Assembly (NCBI GenBank): GCA_041737125.1
Contig: JBGSSJ010000010.1
Coordinates: 22,354 to 86,353, forward strand
Direction of reading: 5' to 3'
DNA from: Minisyncoccia bacterium
GTDB lineage: Bacteria > Patescibacteriota > Minisyncoccia > Phycocordibacterales > UBA9973
DNA length: 64,000 nucleotides
The first letter of the stretch is position 1. Each line of letters begins with the position of its first letter. The notes beneath the pieces are model-generated. The model ran no database searches and was not told the origin of the DNA. It was given only the letters and a program-made list of their open reading frames with translations. The translations under genes and the position numbers were made by a program. This document shows positions 29,187 through 37,930 of the stretch, in pieces.

Positions 29187-30935
29187 TTACTCAGAAACCA
29201 CACGTAATACTTCTTCAGTCGAGGTACGACCAGAAACGGCTAGGAATATACCATCTTCGAGCATTGTCATCATGCCTTCTTTTTTGGCTACTTCTTCTAT
29301 TTCGTCAGCGGATGCCCCTTTCAAAATTAACTCTTTGATAGTCGGGGTCATTTTCATCACTTCATGTATACCAAGTCTACCTTTATAGCCAGTTTCTGAT
29401 TCTGCGCTTGTTTTTGGTCTATAGAAAGGAACTTGATCCCATGTAGAATCTAGAGCGACAACTTTCTCTTTCTTTAGAACTTCCAGCATGCGATCCATGT
29501 CTACTACTTTCTCGAGTGCTTTCATTTCTATATCATTTAGGAAATATTGCTCTTTATTCTCATCTAGAACTCTAACCAAACGCTGAGAGATGACTGTCTT
29601 CATTGTCGATACTATTAGGAATGGTTCGACACCCATATCTACCATACGAGGTATGGCACCGGCAGCTGAGTTCGTGTGGATTGTAGAGAGCACTAAGTGC
29701 CCAGTAAGTGAAGCATTCACTGCAAGGGATGCCGTCTCCCCATCACGAATCTCCCCCACCATTATTATATCTGGATCCTGACGAAGAAGAGTACGGAGGC
29801 CATTGGCAAAAGTAAGTCCTATCTCTGACTTTGTCTGTGTTTGATTTACGCGATTCATCTGATACTCGATAGGGTCTTCTACTGTAGAAATATTCACATC
29901 AGGAGTGTTTAGAATATCGAGCATAGTATATAAAGTAGTAGTCTTACCGGAACCTGTCGGACCTGCACAAAGTAGCATTCCGCTTCGCTGCTTCATACCA
30001 TCATGTATGCGCTCGAGTGCTTCCCCATGGAAGCCAAGGGTCTCAAGTGAGAAGCCTTTGGAATTCTCGCGTAAGATACGAATAACAGTCTTCTCTCCAA
30101 AATATGTAGGTAGTGTAGATACACGGAAAGAAACATTACCTTCATCATTCACAATTTTGAAACGTCCATCTTGTGGTAATCGCTTCTCGTCAAGCTTCAA
30201 ATTGGAAAGCACTTTAATACGAGCTACTATTCCAGGAGCAGTATCTTTCGGTAGAACCATGGCATCATGCAATATGCCGTCTATTCGATAACGAACGATT
30301 AGTGAAGCCTCGCCCGGCTCTATATGCACATCGGATGCACCTTGGAGGATGGCATGAGAAATAAGAGTATCTACAATTTTAACTATTGGCAAATCTTCTG
30401 CGAGCTCCTTAAGCTCCTCTTCGGACTTCTCTTCGCCATTATCTACTATTGTTTTAAGCGTAGAGCTTTCTTTCTTTATTATGTCTTGAAAATCTGCCTC
30501 CAAGCTCTTCTTATACTGCATCAATGCTTCCTTTATAGAGTCAGAACTCGTCATACGAGGAAGGATTTTGAGCCCGACCTTCTTCTTTATGAAGTCTATA
30601 ACTGAAAGGTTGTCTACATCAAGCATGGCAACCTCAAGTCCATCTTTACTCTTCTTATAGGCAATAATATTATTATTACGAGCAACTGGCTCGGGAATCA
30701 TAGAGAGTACGCTTGGATCTATCTTCTCACCCTTTAAACTTACAAATGGAATACCTAGTGACACTGCTTGCATACTATTCCAATCTTTCTCTGTAAGCTT
30801 CCCTTCAGTCATGAGAATATCCCCGATAGAAGTACCGGTCTCTCTTGATTTCTTGAGGGCCATAGCAACATCAGTCTTATTTACAAGACCTGATTTATTT
30901 AGTAGATCAACAATTGTTTTCTCATCAACATGCAT
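29187..30935 (-). CDS. pilB: Type IV pilus assembly ATPase PilB (GspE family)
   Basis: N-terminal GSPII_E_N domain, Walker A GPTGSGKTTTLYTML, Asp box, His box TIHTN; no tetracysteine motif. Confidence 0.9.
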   Translation of the reverse strand: MHVDEKTIVDLLNKSGLVNKTDVAMALKKSRETGTSIGDILMTEGKLTEKDWNSMQAVSLGIPFVSLKGEKIDPSVLSMIPEPVARNNNIIAYKKSKDGLEVAMLDVDNLSVIDFIKKKVGLKILPRMTSSDSIKEALMQYKKSLEADFQDIIKKESSTLKTIVDNGEEKSEEELKELAEDLPIVKIVDTLISHAILQGASDVHIEPGEASLIVRYRIDGILHDAMVLPKDTAPGIVARIKVLSNLKLDEKRLPQDGRFKIVNDEGNVSFRVSTLPTYFGEKTVIRILRENSKGFSLETLGFHGEALERIHDGMKQRSGMLLCAGPTGSGKTTTLYTMLDILNTPDVNISTVEDPIEYQMNRVNQTQTKSEIGLTFANGLRTLLRQDPDIIMVGEIRDGETASLAVNASLTGHLVLSTIHTNSAAGAIPRMVDMGVEPFLIVSTMKTVISQRLVRVLDENKEQYFLNDIEMKALEKVVDMDRMLEVLKKEKVVALDSTWDQVPFYRPKTSAESETGYKGRLGIHEVMKMTPTIKELILKGASADEIEEVAKKEGMMTMLEDGIFLAVSGRTSTEEVLRVVSE

Positions 30936-31049
30936 GATGATATTATAACATAATTACGAATTACTAATTAAGAATTACGAATCAAATACCACTTAGACTT
31001 AATTTAATGGGCTTAATTACTAATTATTCACTCGTAATTCGTAATTGTC

Positions 31050-32792
31050 TTAAACTACTTCTTGTTGATAACACTTTTCACAGTAGATTATCTCAGGTCG
31101 TTCGGGTGCATAACTTGTCTCAAACTCTACTTTGCACTTCCCTTCGTGATTATGCCCTTCTTTTTCACATATACACACTCTGTGCCAGAGCTTGAGAGGA
31201 TTTCTCTTATTAAAACGAGCTTTGTGTCTGCACTGATAACAACGTCTAGGTATGGGGATATTAAATCTTCTATAGAAAGTTAGTTCATCTTTCGTTATTC
31301 TGTATGCTTTTGTGCATCGCTCTGACCCAAACACAGAATCACAAGCTATTACTTCATTTATAAAATCATCATTTATATCAATAATAGAATCTGGAATATC
31401 TTTATTATTGATAGTTATATTATAATTTTTACCTTCTATCCCTCTATATAAATAACCTTGGTTAATTGTTTCTTCTTCAGATAATGGATAGAAATCATTG
31501 GCAATTGTCTCATTATAAGCAAATGGAGAAAGTTCTATTGGGAAAAACTCACCATATCTATACACCCTACCCTTTTTATCTACATAAGGCATATCTATCA
31601 TGTGTTGCTTGATCTTAGGCAATAGTTCAAAATATTCTTCCTTTGTATATTGCCTATTTAAAATACAATACGATTTATTACGCAAGCCAATACAACCAAA
31701 AACATTTTTGCAGCTATAGCAGTTAAAAGAATAGTCTACCTCTGTAGAGGAATAAACAACACTAGAAAATCTACAGAAAGAACCACCCACCCCAGAGTCG
31801 TTCATTTCAAAACCATTTTCAAGCATCCCACTAGCATTGCAGTAATAACAATCAAATATATTTTTAGCTCCCCAAAAAAGATGTTTGCAGTTCTTTACAT
31901 TATCAAGTGCATCAAAAACATTATAACTATCTACTACATTACTTAAATTATCTCCTGTCACATTATTACATTTTATAATAGTAGCGTATCTATGGATTGT
32001 ATTTAATTTAAGTATTTCAAACTGTTTCTTTAACTCCTCTACTGTGGTATAGCTTCCTAGATTATATTGTGTTAATTTTTCAAAATACTCTTCTTTTGAA
32101 TACTGTACGTTTTCAAATACATAACTTTTATTTCTTAAATTTGATGACATGAAGCAGTTAACACATCCATGGCAATCATATAAGAAATATGAATCTGTTG
32201 AATTATTTGTCTTTTCACAGTAAAAAAGGTTAGAAGAATTATTACAATATACATCTTCATAACAAAATTCACCCTTTTGGACTATATATAAATCGAGAGA
32301 ATCTTTTATTTCTAAAATAGAATCAGAGTACATTGTTCTTTCATTTTTCCAACATGCGGAAATAAGATAGCAATCATAGCTTTCCTCAGCCACATTACAG
32401 TATTCACTGTTTACTGCTTTTGAATTAGAAAGTGCTTGAAATGGTATAGCATCTCTAAGTTCTTTCCATTGAATAAAAAAGTCTCTAGAGAAGTCAAAAT
32501 CTTTCCCATAATCAAATGGATCCCATGCATCACTCCACCAATACTTCTGATCCACAATATTCATCTTTACGTCTGGGTGATAAATTGAGATTATTTCATC
32601 CCCAGTTACAGAATCTTTCCTTTTATATAAGGAGTGTGTATTCCTCCATGCAAAACGACGCTGGTGTGAACACCCAGGACAAAATGTCGGTGGTGGAACT
32701 TGCATCTTTTCATAGAAAGAAAAATCCTCAGGTTCAATAGTGAAGTTCTCTTTGCAGTTCTGACATGTTCTTTTTTCTTCTTGGTATTCCAT
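31050..32792 (-). CDS. Cysteine-rich zinc-ribbon-capped repeat protein, paralog A1 (uncharacterised family)
   Basis: 580 aa, ~45 Cys. N-terminus MEYQEEKRTCQNCKENFTIEPEDFSFYEKMQVPPPTFCPGCSHQRR (CxxC-x22-CxxC), two internal C-x-[NG]-C-x-N-C...LRNK.Y...N.QY.KEEY modules, C-terminus ...YAPERPEIIYCEKCYQQEVV. Confidence 0.85.
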   Translation of the reverse strand: MEYQEEKRTCQNCKENFTIEPEDFSFYEKMQVPPPTFCPGCSHQRRFAWRNTHSLYKRKDSVTGDEIISIYHPDVKMNIVDQKYWWSDAWDPFDYGKDFDFSRDFFIQWKELRDAIPFQALSNSKAVNSEYCNVAEESYDCYLISACWKNERTMYSDSILEIKDSLDLYIVQKGEFCYEDVYCNNSSNLFYCEKTNNSTDSYFLYDCHGCVNCFMSSNLRNKSYVFENVQYSKEEYFEKLTQYNLGSYTTVEELKKQFEILKLNTIHRYATIIKCNNVTGDNLSNVVDSYNVFDALDNVKNCKHLFWGAKNIFDCYYCNASGMLENGFEMNDSGVGGSFCRFSSVVYSSTEVDYSFNCYSCKNVFGCIGLRNKSYCILNRQYTKEEYFELLPKIKQHMIDMPYVDKKGRVYRYGEFFPIELSPFAYNETIANDFYPLSEEETINQGYLYRGIEGKNYNITINNKDIPDSIIDINDDFINEVIACDSVFGSERCTKAYRITKDELTFYRRFNIPIPRRCYQCRHKARFNKRNPLKLWHRVCICEKEGHNHEGKCKVEFETSYAPERPEIIYCEKCYQQEVV

Positions 32793-32816
32793 TCGTAATT
32801 ATTAATTCGTAATTTT

Positions 32817-34535
32817 TTAAATCACTTCTTGTTGATAACACTTCTCACAATATACTATCTCGGGTCTTTCGGGTGCAAAGCTCGTTTCGAATTCATTATT
32901 ACACCCTTCTTTCATACACGAACGGTGCCAAAGCTTCATAGGATTTTTAAGATTTATCCTTTCTATATATCTACAATTATGACACATATCAGGGGCTGGT
33001 ATGCCTAGCGACTTATAAATATTAAATTCATCGGGTAGCACTCGGAACGCAGTCGTACAATTATGGTTACACTCACCCCTATGCTTGCATTCGATAATAC
33101 CATGGATAATCTCTTCATCAGCAAAAGAATTATTATGTAAATCCTCTGCTGTAATAGTTATGCTGTATGACTTTTCTTCTTTATCTTTCCATGAATAACC
33201 AGAAGCAAGTGCAGACTCTTTATCGAGTGGATAATAATCTTGTAGAGGCGTCTCGTTGTAAGAAAATATAGAAAGCTCTGAGGGAAAGAAATCGCCATAC
33301 TTATAAACCCTACCTATCTTATCGACATACGGTAACTCATTCATATGACTTTTGATCTTTTCTATCATTTTAGAATATTCTTCCTTTTCGTATTGTTTAT
33401 TTAGAATGCAATACTTTTTATTACGTAATGAAATGGAACCGAAAGAATCACTCGTGGTATAGCAATTATCACAATACCATAGGTCGAAACAACTAGAATA
33501 ACAGAAGCATGAGAGATATATTTTGCTTGATTCTATCGGTGACATCGTATGGTAGCAAAGCTCACTAGATGGGTAACTATGAGAAAGGTCCATAGAATCT
33601 TTCGCTCCATTGCAGACGAAACCATACTTTGTATTCTCAGAATCAACAGCAGCATAGACTTCTTTGCAATTCCTAGAGTTTATAATACTATCCCCTGTGC
33701 AATTATCTGTGTTCTCTAGAATTGCGTATTTATTTATAGTTTTCTTTTTTAGATTTTCAAAAATTTCTTTACATGCATACAAACCACTAAAAGTAGATAA
33801 TTGTAAATCTTCTTTTATTTTAAAATAATCTTCCCTTGTGTATTGCTCATTGAAGATACAGTAATTCTTATTCCGGAGATTGGTACACCCGATGCAGTTC
33901 GAGCAGTTACGACAATTATATAAAAAGCTTGAGTCCAAACAACTATCACAATTCTGAGAGAAGCTAACCTTATAACAAGATTCACAATCAACAAGCATAT
34001 ATGACCACTCGGAGAACCTGGTCATCGAGCAAGATGAGCAATTCTTGTCCCTTGTACATTGTGGCCCCATGAAATAGCAATCTTCTGACTCTCCAATACT
34101 AAATGATAGATAAATATTTTTCACATTGGCTGCATGATTAGTGTACTCACTATTCACCTTATTGGAACCTATGAGATTAATGCGTGGAGCCTTGCTCGAT
34201 AACTCTTTCCACTGTTCGAAGAATGGACGAGTGAAATCATAATCCTGTCCATAATCCGCAGGATCCCAGCCATCGCCATAGAAGCAGTCTTTGCAGAAAA
34301 CTTTAAAAGTATTCCCTGTATGATACATGGAAATTATATTTGTATTACAAAGGTCGCAATTCCTTTTATACAAAGACATGTTGTTCCGGAAAGCGTACCT
34401 TAGCTTAAACCTACACTCCGGACAAAATGTCGGAGCAGGAACCTTTATCTTTTCATAGAAAGAAAAGTCCTCAGGTTCTATAGTGAAGTATATTTTACAG
34501 TTCTGACATATTTTGTTTTCCGTTTGATTAGTCAT
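32817..34535 (-). CDS. Cysteine-rich zinc-ribbon-capped repeat protein, paralog A2
   Basis: 572 aa; MTNQTENKICQNCKIYFTIEPEDFSFYEKIKVPAPTFCPECR ... CRNCSNCIGCTNLRNKNYCIFNEQYTREDY ... YAPERPEIVYCEKCYQQEVI. Confidence 0.85.
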   Translation of the reverse strand: MTNQTENKICQNCKIYFTIEPEDFSFYEKIKVPAPTFCPECRFKLRYAFRNNMSLYKRNCDLCNTNIISMYHTGNTFKVFCKDCFYGDGWDPADYGQDYDFTRPFFEQWKELSSKAPRINLIGSNKVNSEYTNHAANVKNIYLSFSIGESEDCYFMGPQCTRDKNCSSCSMTRFSEWSYMLVDCESCYKVSFSQNCDSCLDSSFLYNCRNCSNCIGCTNLRNKNYCIFNEQYTREDYFKIKEDLQLSTFSGLYACKEIFENLKKKTINKYAILENTDNCTGDSIINSRNCKEVYAAVDSENTKYGFVCNGAKDSMDLSHSYPSSELCYHTMSPIESSKIYLSCFCYSSCFDLWYCDNCYTTSDSFGSISLRNKKYCILNKQYEKEEYSKMIEKIKSHMNELPYVDKIGRVYKYGDFFPSELSIFSYNETPLQDYYPLDKESALASGYSWKDKEEKSYSITITAEDLHNNSFADEEIIHGIIECKHRGECNHNCTTAFRVLPDEFNIYKSLGIPAPDMCHNCRYIERINLKNPMKLWHRSCMKEGCNNEFETSFAPERPEIVYCEKCYQQEVI

Positions 34536-34572
34536 TTTTTATCTACTTTACTTAACTAAAGTCAACAATAAT

Positions 34573-36321
34573 CTATATAACTTCTTGTTGATAACACTTC
34601 TCACAATATACTATCTCAGACCTTTCTGGTGCATAAGTAGTCTCGAATTCTACTTGGCACTTTCCTTCATGATTATGACCTTCTTTATCACACATACAAA
34701 TACGATGCCAGAGCTTCATAGGATTCCTTTGCCTCAAACGAAGTTCGTGGCGACAATTAGGACAGTACTTGGGTAATGACAAATTCATCTGTTTGTAAAA
34801 AGCGAGCTCTTCTGGAAGAATTCTAAACGCAGTAGTACAAGTACTAGAAATATGTGCACACTCAATTATTTCACCTAGAATTGAATTGTCTACTTTTTTA
34901 ATATCTCTCTCTATATCTTTATTAAATATTGTAATTTTATATTCTTTATTTTCTTTTTCACGCCAGAGAAATCCTTCAGCCAATGCTTCTTCTTTATCTA
35001 TTGGAAAGATTTCTTGAACAATTGATTCGTTATAATTAAAAGGAGAAAATTCTATAGGAAAAAATTCTCCGTACTTATACTCAAGACCACGAGGAGTTAT
35101 GTACGGCATGGCGTTCATATGCTCAATAATCTTATTTCTTAATTTTATATATTCATCTTTTGAATATTGTTTATTAAATATACAATATTCTTTATTCCGA
35201 AGACCAATACAACCAAAAAGATTATTCGAACCGACACAATAATGGCAATACTCAAGAAAACGACCTTCTGGGAAACAACCATTTGAAAAAAGTACACGAT
35301 TAAGATTTGTACCGCTTTTAATTGTTTCATATACTTCGATCGCATTCTCACCATAGAATGAGTAATCATAACAATCTTTTACTGGACCAATGTAGCAAAG
35401 AAAACAATTCTTGGAATCCTCAACTCCATCTGATTGATAGATTGTCTTTGAATTTTTTGAATGGAGGACATAATCTCCAGTCACTTCAATATTTTGCTTA
35501 CCATGCATATATTTTTGAGGAAATTGAAGTGAGCTTTCTTTAATTTTTTGTTTTACGGCTTCTATGTCATTTAAGGCTTCAAGTAGAAGCTCATTTATCT
35601 TTTGCTCATAATCTTCTTTTAAATATTGTTCATTGTAAATACAATATTGTTTCTTTCGTAAATTAGTACAACCAAAACAATTCGAACAACCAACTAAATT
35701 TTTAGAAAAATAGATATCATATGAATCTTCGCTATCTATAGAGTAGAAAGCTCGGTAGCACTTCCTTATATTCACACATTCAAAGCAATGCTCACTTTTA
35801 TGTGTCATATAACAATCGAAACAATTTTTAATAAAAGAAACAGTATCGCAATAGTATGAATCTTCAACGACGTCTGCGTAGAAAACTAAATACGCATTCT
35901 TTAGTCGCCCTGCTCCATTACAATAAGGACTATTTATCATAGTGGGCTCTTCTACTCCGAGCGCCATCCAGGGTACTGTCTGAAGCATTTCTTTCATTTG
36001 TTCAAAAATTGGCCTGGAGAAATCAACATCTCGAGCATACATAAATGCATCCCACTCGTCACTCCACCAACATTTATTACAATAAACAGTAATTTGCTCG
36101 TCTGGATGGTACATAGTAAAAGCCTCTTTATTGCACAATCCACAAACTCGCTTATAGAGAGCACGTTTATTGTAGTGATAGAGCCGTCTCTTTAATCTAC
36201 ACTCCGGGCAAAATGTCGGTGGAGGAACTTTTATCTTTTCATAGAAAGAAAAGTCCTCAGGCTCAATAGTGAAGTTCTCTTTACAGTTCTGACACGCTCT
36301 ATTTTCTGTTTGATATTCCAT
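34573..36321 (-). CDS. Cysteine-rich zinc-ribbon-capped repeat protein, paralog A3
   Basis: 582 aa; MEYQTENRACQNCKENFTIEPEDFSFYEKIKVPPPTFCPECR ... GCSNCFGCTNLRKKQYCIYNEQYLKEDY ... YAPERSEIVYCEKCYQQEVI. Confidence 0.85.
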   Translation of the reverse strand: MEYQTENRACQNCKENFTIEPEDFSFYEKIKVPPPTFCPECRLKRRLYHYNKRALYKRVCGLCNKEAFTMYHPDEQITVYCNKCWWSDEWDAFMYARDVDFSRPIFEQMKEMLQTVPWMALGVEEPTMINSPYCNGAGRLKNAYLVFYADVVEDSYYCDTVSFIKNCFDCYMTHKSEHCFECVNIRKCYRAFYSIDSEDSYDIYFSKNLVGCSNCFGCTNLRKKQYCIYNEQYLKEDYEQKINELLLEALNDIEAVKQKIKESSLQFPQKYMHGKQNIEVTGDYVLHSKNSKTIYQSDGVEDSKNCFLCYIGPVKDCYDYSFYGENAIEVYETIKSGTNLNRVLFSNGCFPEGRFLEYCHYCVGSNNLFGCIGLRNKEYCIFNKQYSKDEYIKLRNKIIEHMNAMPYITPRGLEYKYGEFFPIEFSPFNYNESIVQEIFPIDKEEALAEGFLWREKENKEYKITIFNKDIERDIKKVDNSILGEIIECAHISSTCTTAFRILPEELAFYKQMNLSLPKYCPNCRHELRLRQRNPMKLWHRICMCDKEGHNHEGKCQVEFETTYAPERSEIVYCEKCYQQEVI

Positions 36322-36327
36322 TCTTTA

Positions 36328-36756
36328 TTACTTCAACTTACCATAATGATAACCGTCGTCTTCCTCTATCTCATCATTATGTTTCTTCTCTTCTGCTGAA
36401 ATATAGCCTTTTTTATTACTTAAAGTGTTCTCTACCCAAAATGTATAAGTTGGGTTCATCATGGCTGTATCGAGTCTTGTAATCATAGGAGCAGAATATG
36501 AGTGAATATGGCTTATAAATTTAATAAGCTCATCACTACGTACCTTTTGGGTGGTTAGCATAAGCATATATTGCTCTGTATCTTGGATAACACCATGCCA
36601 TGGATAAACTGAGCCTATAACCCAATAATCTGCAGATATTGCAAGCTTTTTCTCTATAACTGCAAGACCAATAGCCCGTGCCTCATCAGCACTTTCACAA
36701 GTAGTATAGACGAAAACAATTTCTTTTGAGCCTGTTGTTACTTCTTCTACTATCAT
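36328..36756 (-). CDS. cutA: CutA1 divalent-cation tolerance protein
   Basis: IVFVYTTCESADEARAIGLAVIEKKLAISADYWVIGSVYPWHGVIQDTEQYMLMLTTQ matches the CutA fold signature (VYTT..EA..IA..L.EKLAAC). Confidence 0.7.
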   Translation of the reverse strand: MIVEEVTTGSKEIVFVYTTCESADEARAIGLAVIEKKLAISADYWVIGSVYPWHGVIQDTEQYMLMLTTQKVRSDELIKFISHIHSYSAPMITRLDTAMMNPTYTFWVENTLSNKKGYISAEEKKHNDEIEEDDGYHYGKLK

Positions 36757-36798
36757 ACTAATATGATAGTAATTATTATTTATATTAGCAAGAGGGAT

Positions 36799-37344
36799 CT
36801 AGTTGCGTGACATGTACTTGTAATTCACCAATAGTAGGATAGTGAATAGAGCAGTTGTCAGAGCCATAAGTGGCATAGTTATATAACCGAATTCATGCAC
36901 AAATACAGCAGCACAAGATACAACTCCTGGTCCGCCAGTCGCACAAGCAAGTGATGATGCTCCACCATTCTCTACGTAAATGTGGAATATAGACACGAGA
37001 GAATTTAGAACCGCAAGTACTATGGATTGATCAACGATTGCCCTGTCCCTCTTATATAACTCCATACCGAAAAGGATGACTTGAGGATATATGAATATGC
37101 GACTTATCCAACAAAGTTCACAAGGTGGGAACCCTACGACATTGGAATAGAATAGGCTTAGCAATGTAGCAGAGAGTGCAGTAATAAATCCAAAAATGAA
37201 AGTATACTTCTTAAAGAAGAGTAATAATGGATTCGTATGTGAACGGAAGAATAGTAGATTTAGAAGTAATCCAACTACAACAATCTGAAGGAATATCGTT
37301 CCCAGTGCAAGTATTTGATTAAGCGTTGTTACGTATGCAGGCAT
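36799..37344 (-). CDS. Disulfide bond formation protein B family (DsbB / BdbC-like)
   Basis: 4-TM protein with PCELCWISRIFIYPQ (compare BdbC C-x-L-C-W-Y-Q-R..YP and DsbB CVLCIYER) and a second Cys pair (C...SCAAV) in the second loop. VKOR was considered but the Cys order fits DsbB. Confidence 0.6.
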   Translation of the reverse strand: MPAYVTTLNQILALGTIFLQIVVVGLLLNLLFFRSHTNPLLLFFKKYTFIFGFITALSATLLSLFYSNVVGFPPCELCWISRIFIYPQVILFGMELYKRDRAIVDQSIVLAVLNSLVSIFHIYVENGGASSLACATGGPGVVSCAAVFVHEFGYITMPLMALTTALFTILLLVNYKYMSRN

Positions 37345-37345
37345 A

Positions 37346-37930
37346 TTATTGTGGAAGTGTGTAGCCTATTTGCTGTGCTAGGAATTCTAGTGATGTCTCA
37401 CCTGTGACACTAGAGCCTGATTCGAATTTCCATACTCCATCTTTCACCACAGGGTCGGTTAGACTTTTCACAGAGAAGGGATATCCTGGGAACCTCCAAG
37501 TCTTATAGAATTCTGATCCTATTTGAGCACATATTGGGTCTTCACCCTCTTTACCTGGCTTGATAGAACAAGTAACAGGTTCTGTACTTGAAGCTATGGT
37601 TATGCCGTTTGCGAATTTCCACGTAGGGAAGCTCTCAATCTTCTCATCTACGCATATTTGGACTGGCGATCTATTTGGATTTGAACATTCTACATATGGT
37701 AAATACTTCTTTGAACTACCGAATAATGCCTTCTCAGCTATGCAATGCGGACACCAGAATGCTCCATAGAATACTGCACCATTACTCTTAAGTGCCTTTG
37801 CAAAATCATCGTATTTACCAGGCTTCTGATTCTTATTCATAAAGACCCCAAGTCCAATAACGAATAATATAATAATAACTATAAATAAGATAAATTTAGT
37901 TTTCATAATGTGATTATACCAAAAAGCCAA
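37346..37930 (-). CDS. Membrane-anchored thioredoxin-fold thiol:disulfide oxidoreductase (DsbA / BdbD-like, CPHC active site)
   Basis: N-terminal TM then AVFYGAFWCPHCIAEK; CPHC is identical to the E. coli DsbA active site. Alternative start at MKTKFILF (37906). Confidence 0.75.
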   Translation of the reverse strand: MAFWYNHIMKTKFILFIVIIILFVIGLGVFMNKNQKPGKYDDFAKALKSNGAVFYGAFWCPHCIAEKALFGSSKKYLPYVECSNPNRSPVQICVDEKIESFPTWKFANGITIASSTEPVTCSIKPGKEGEDPICAQIGSEFYKTWRFPGYPFSVKSLTDPVVKDGVWKFESGSSVTGETSLEFLAQQIGYTLPQ

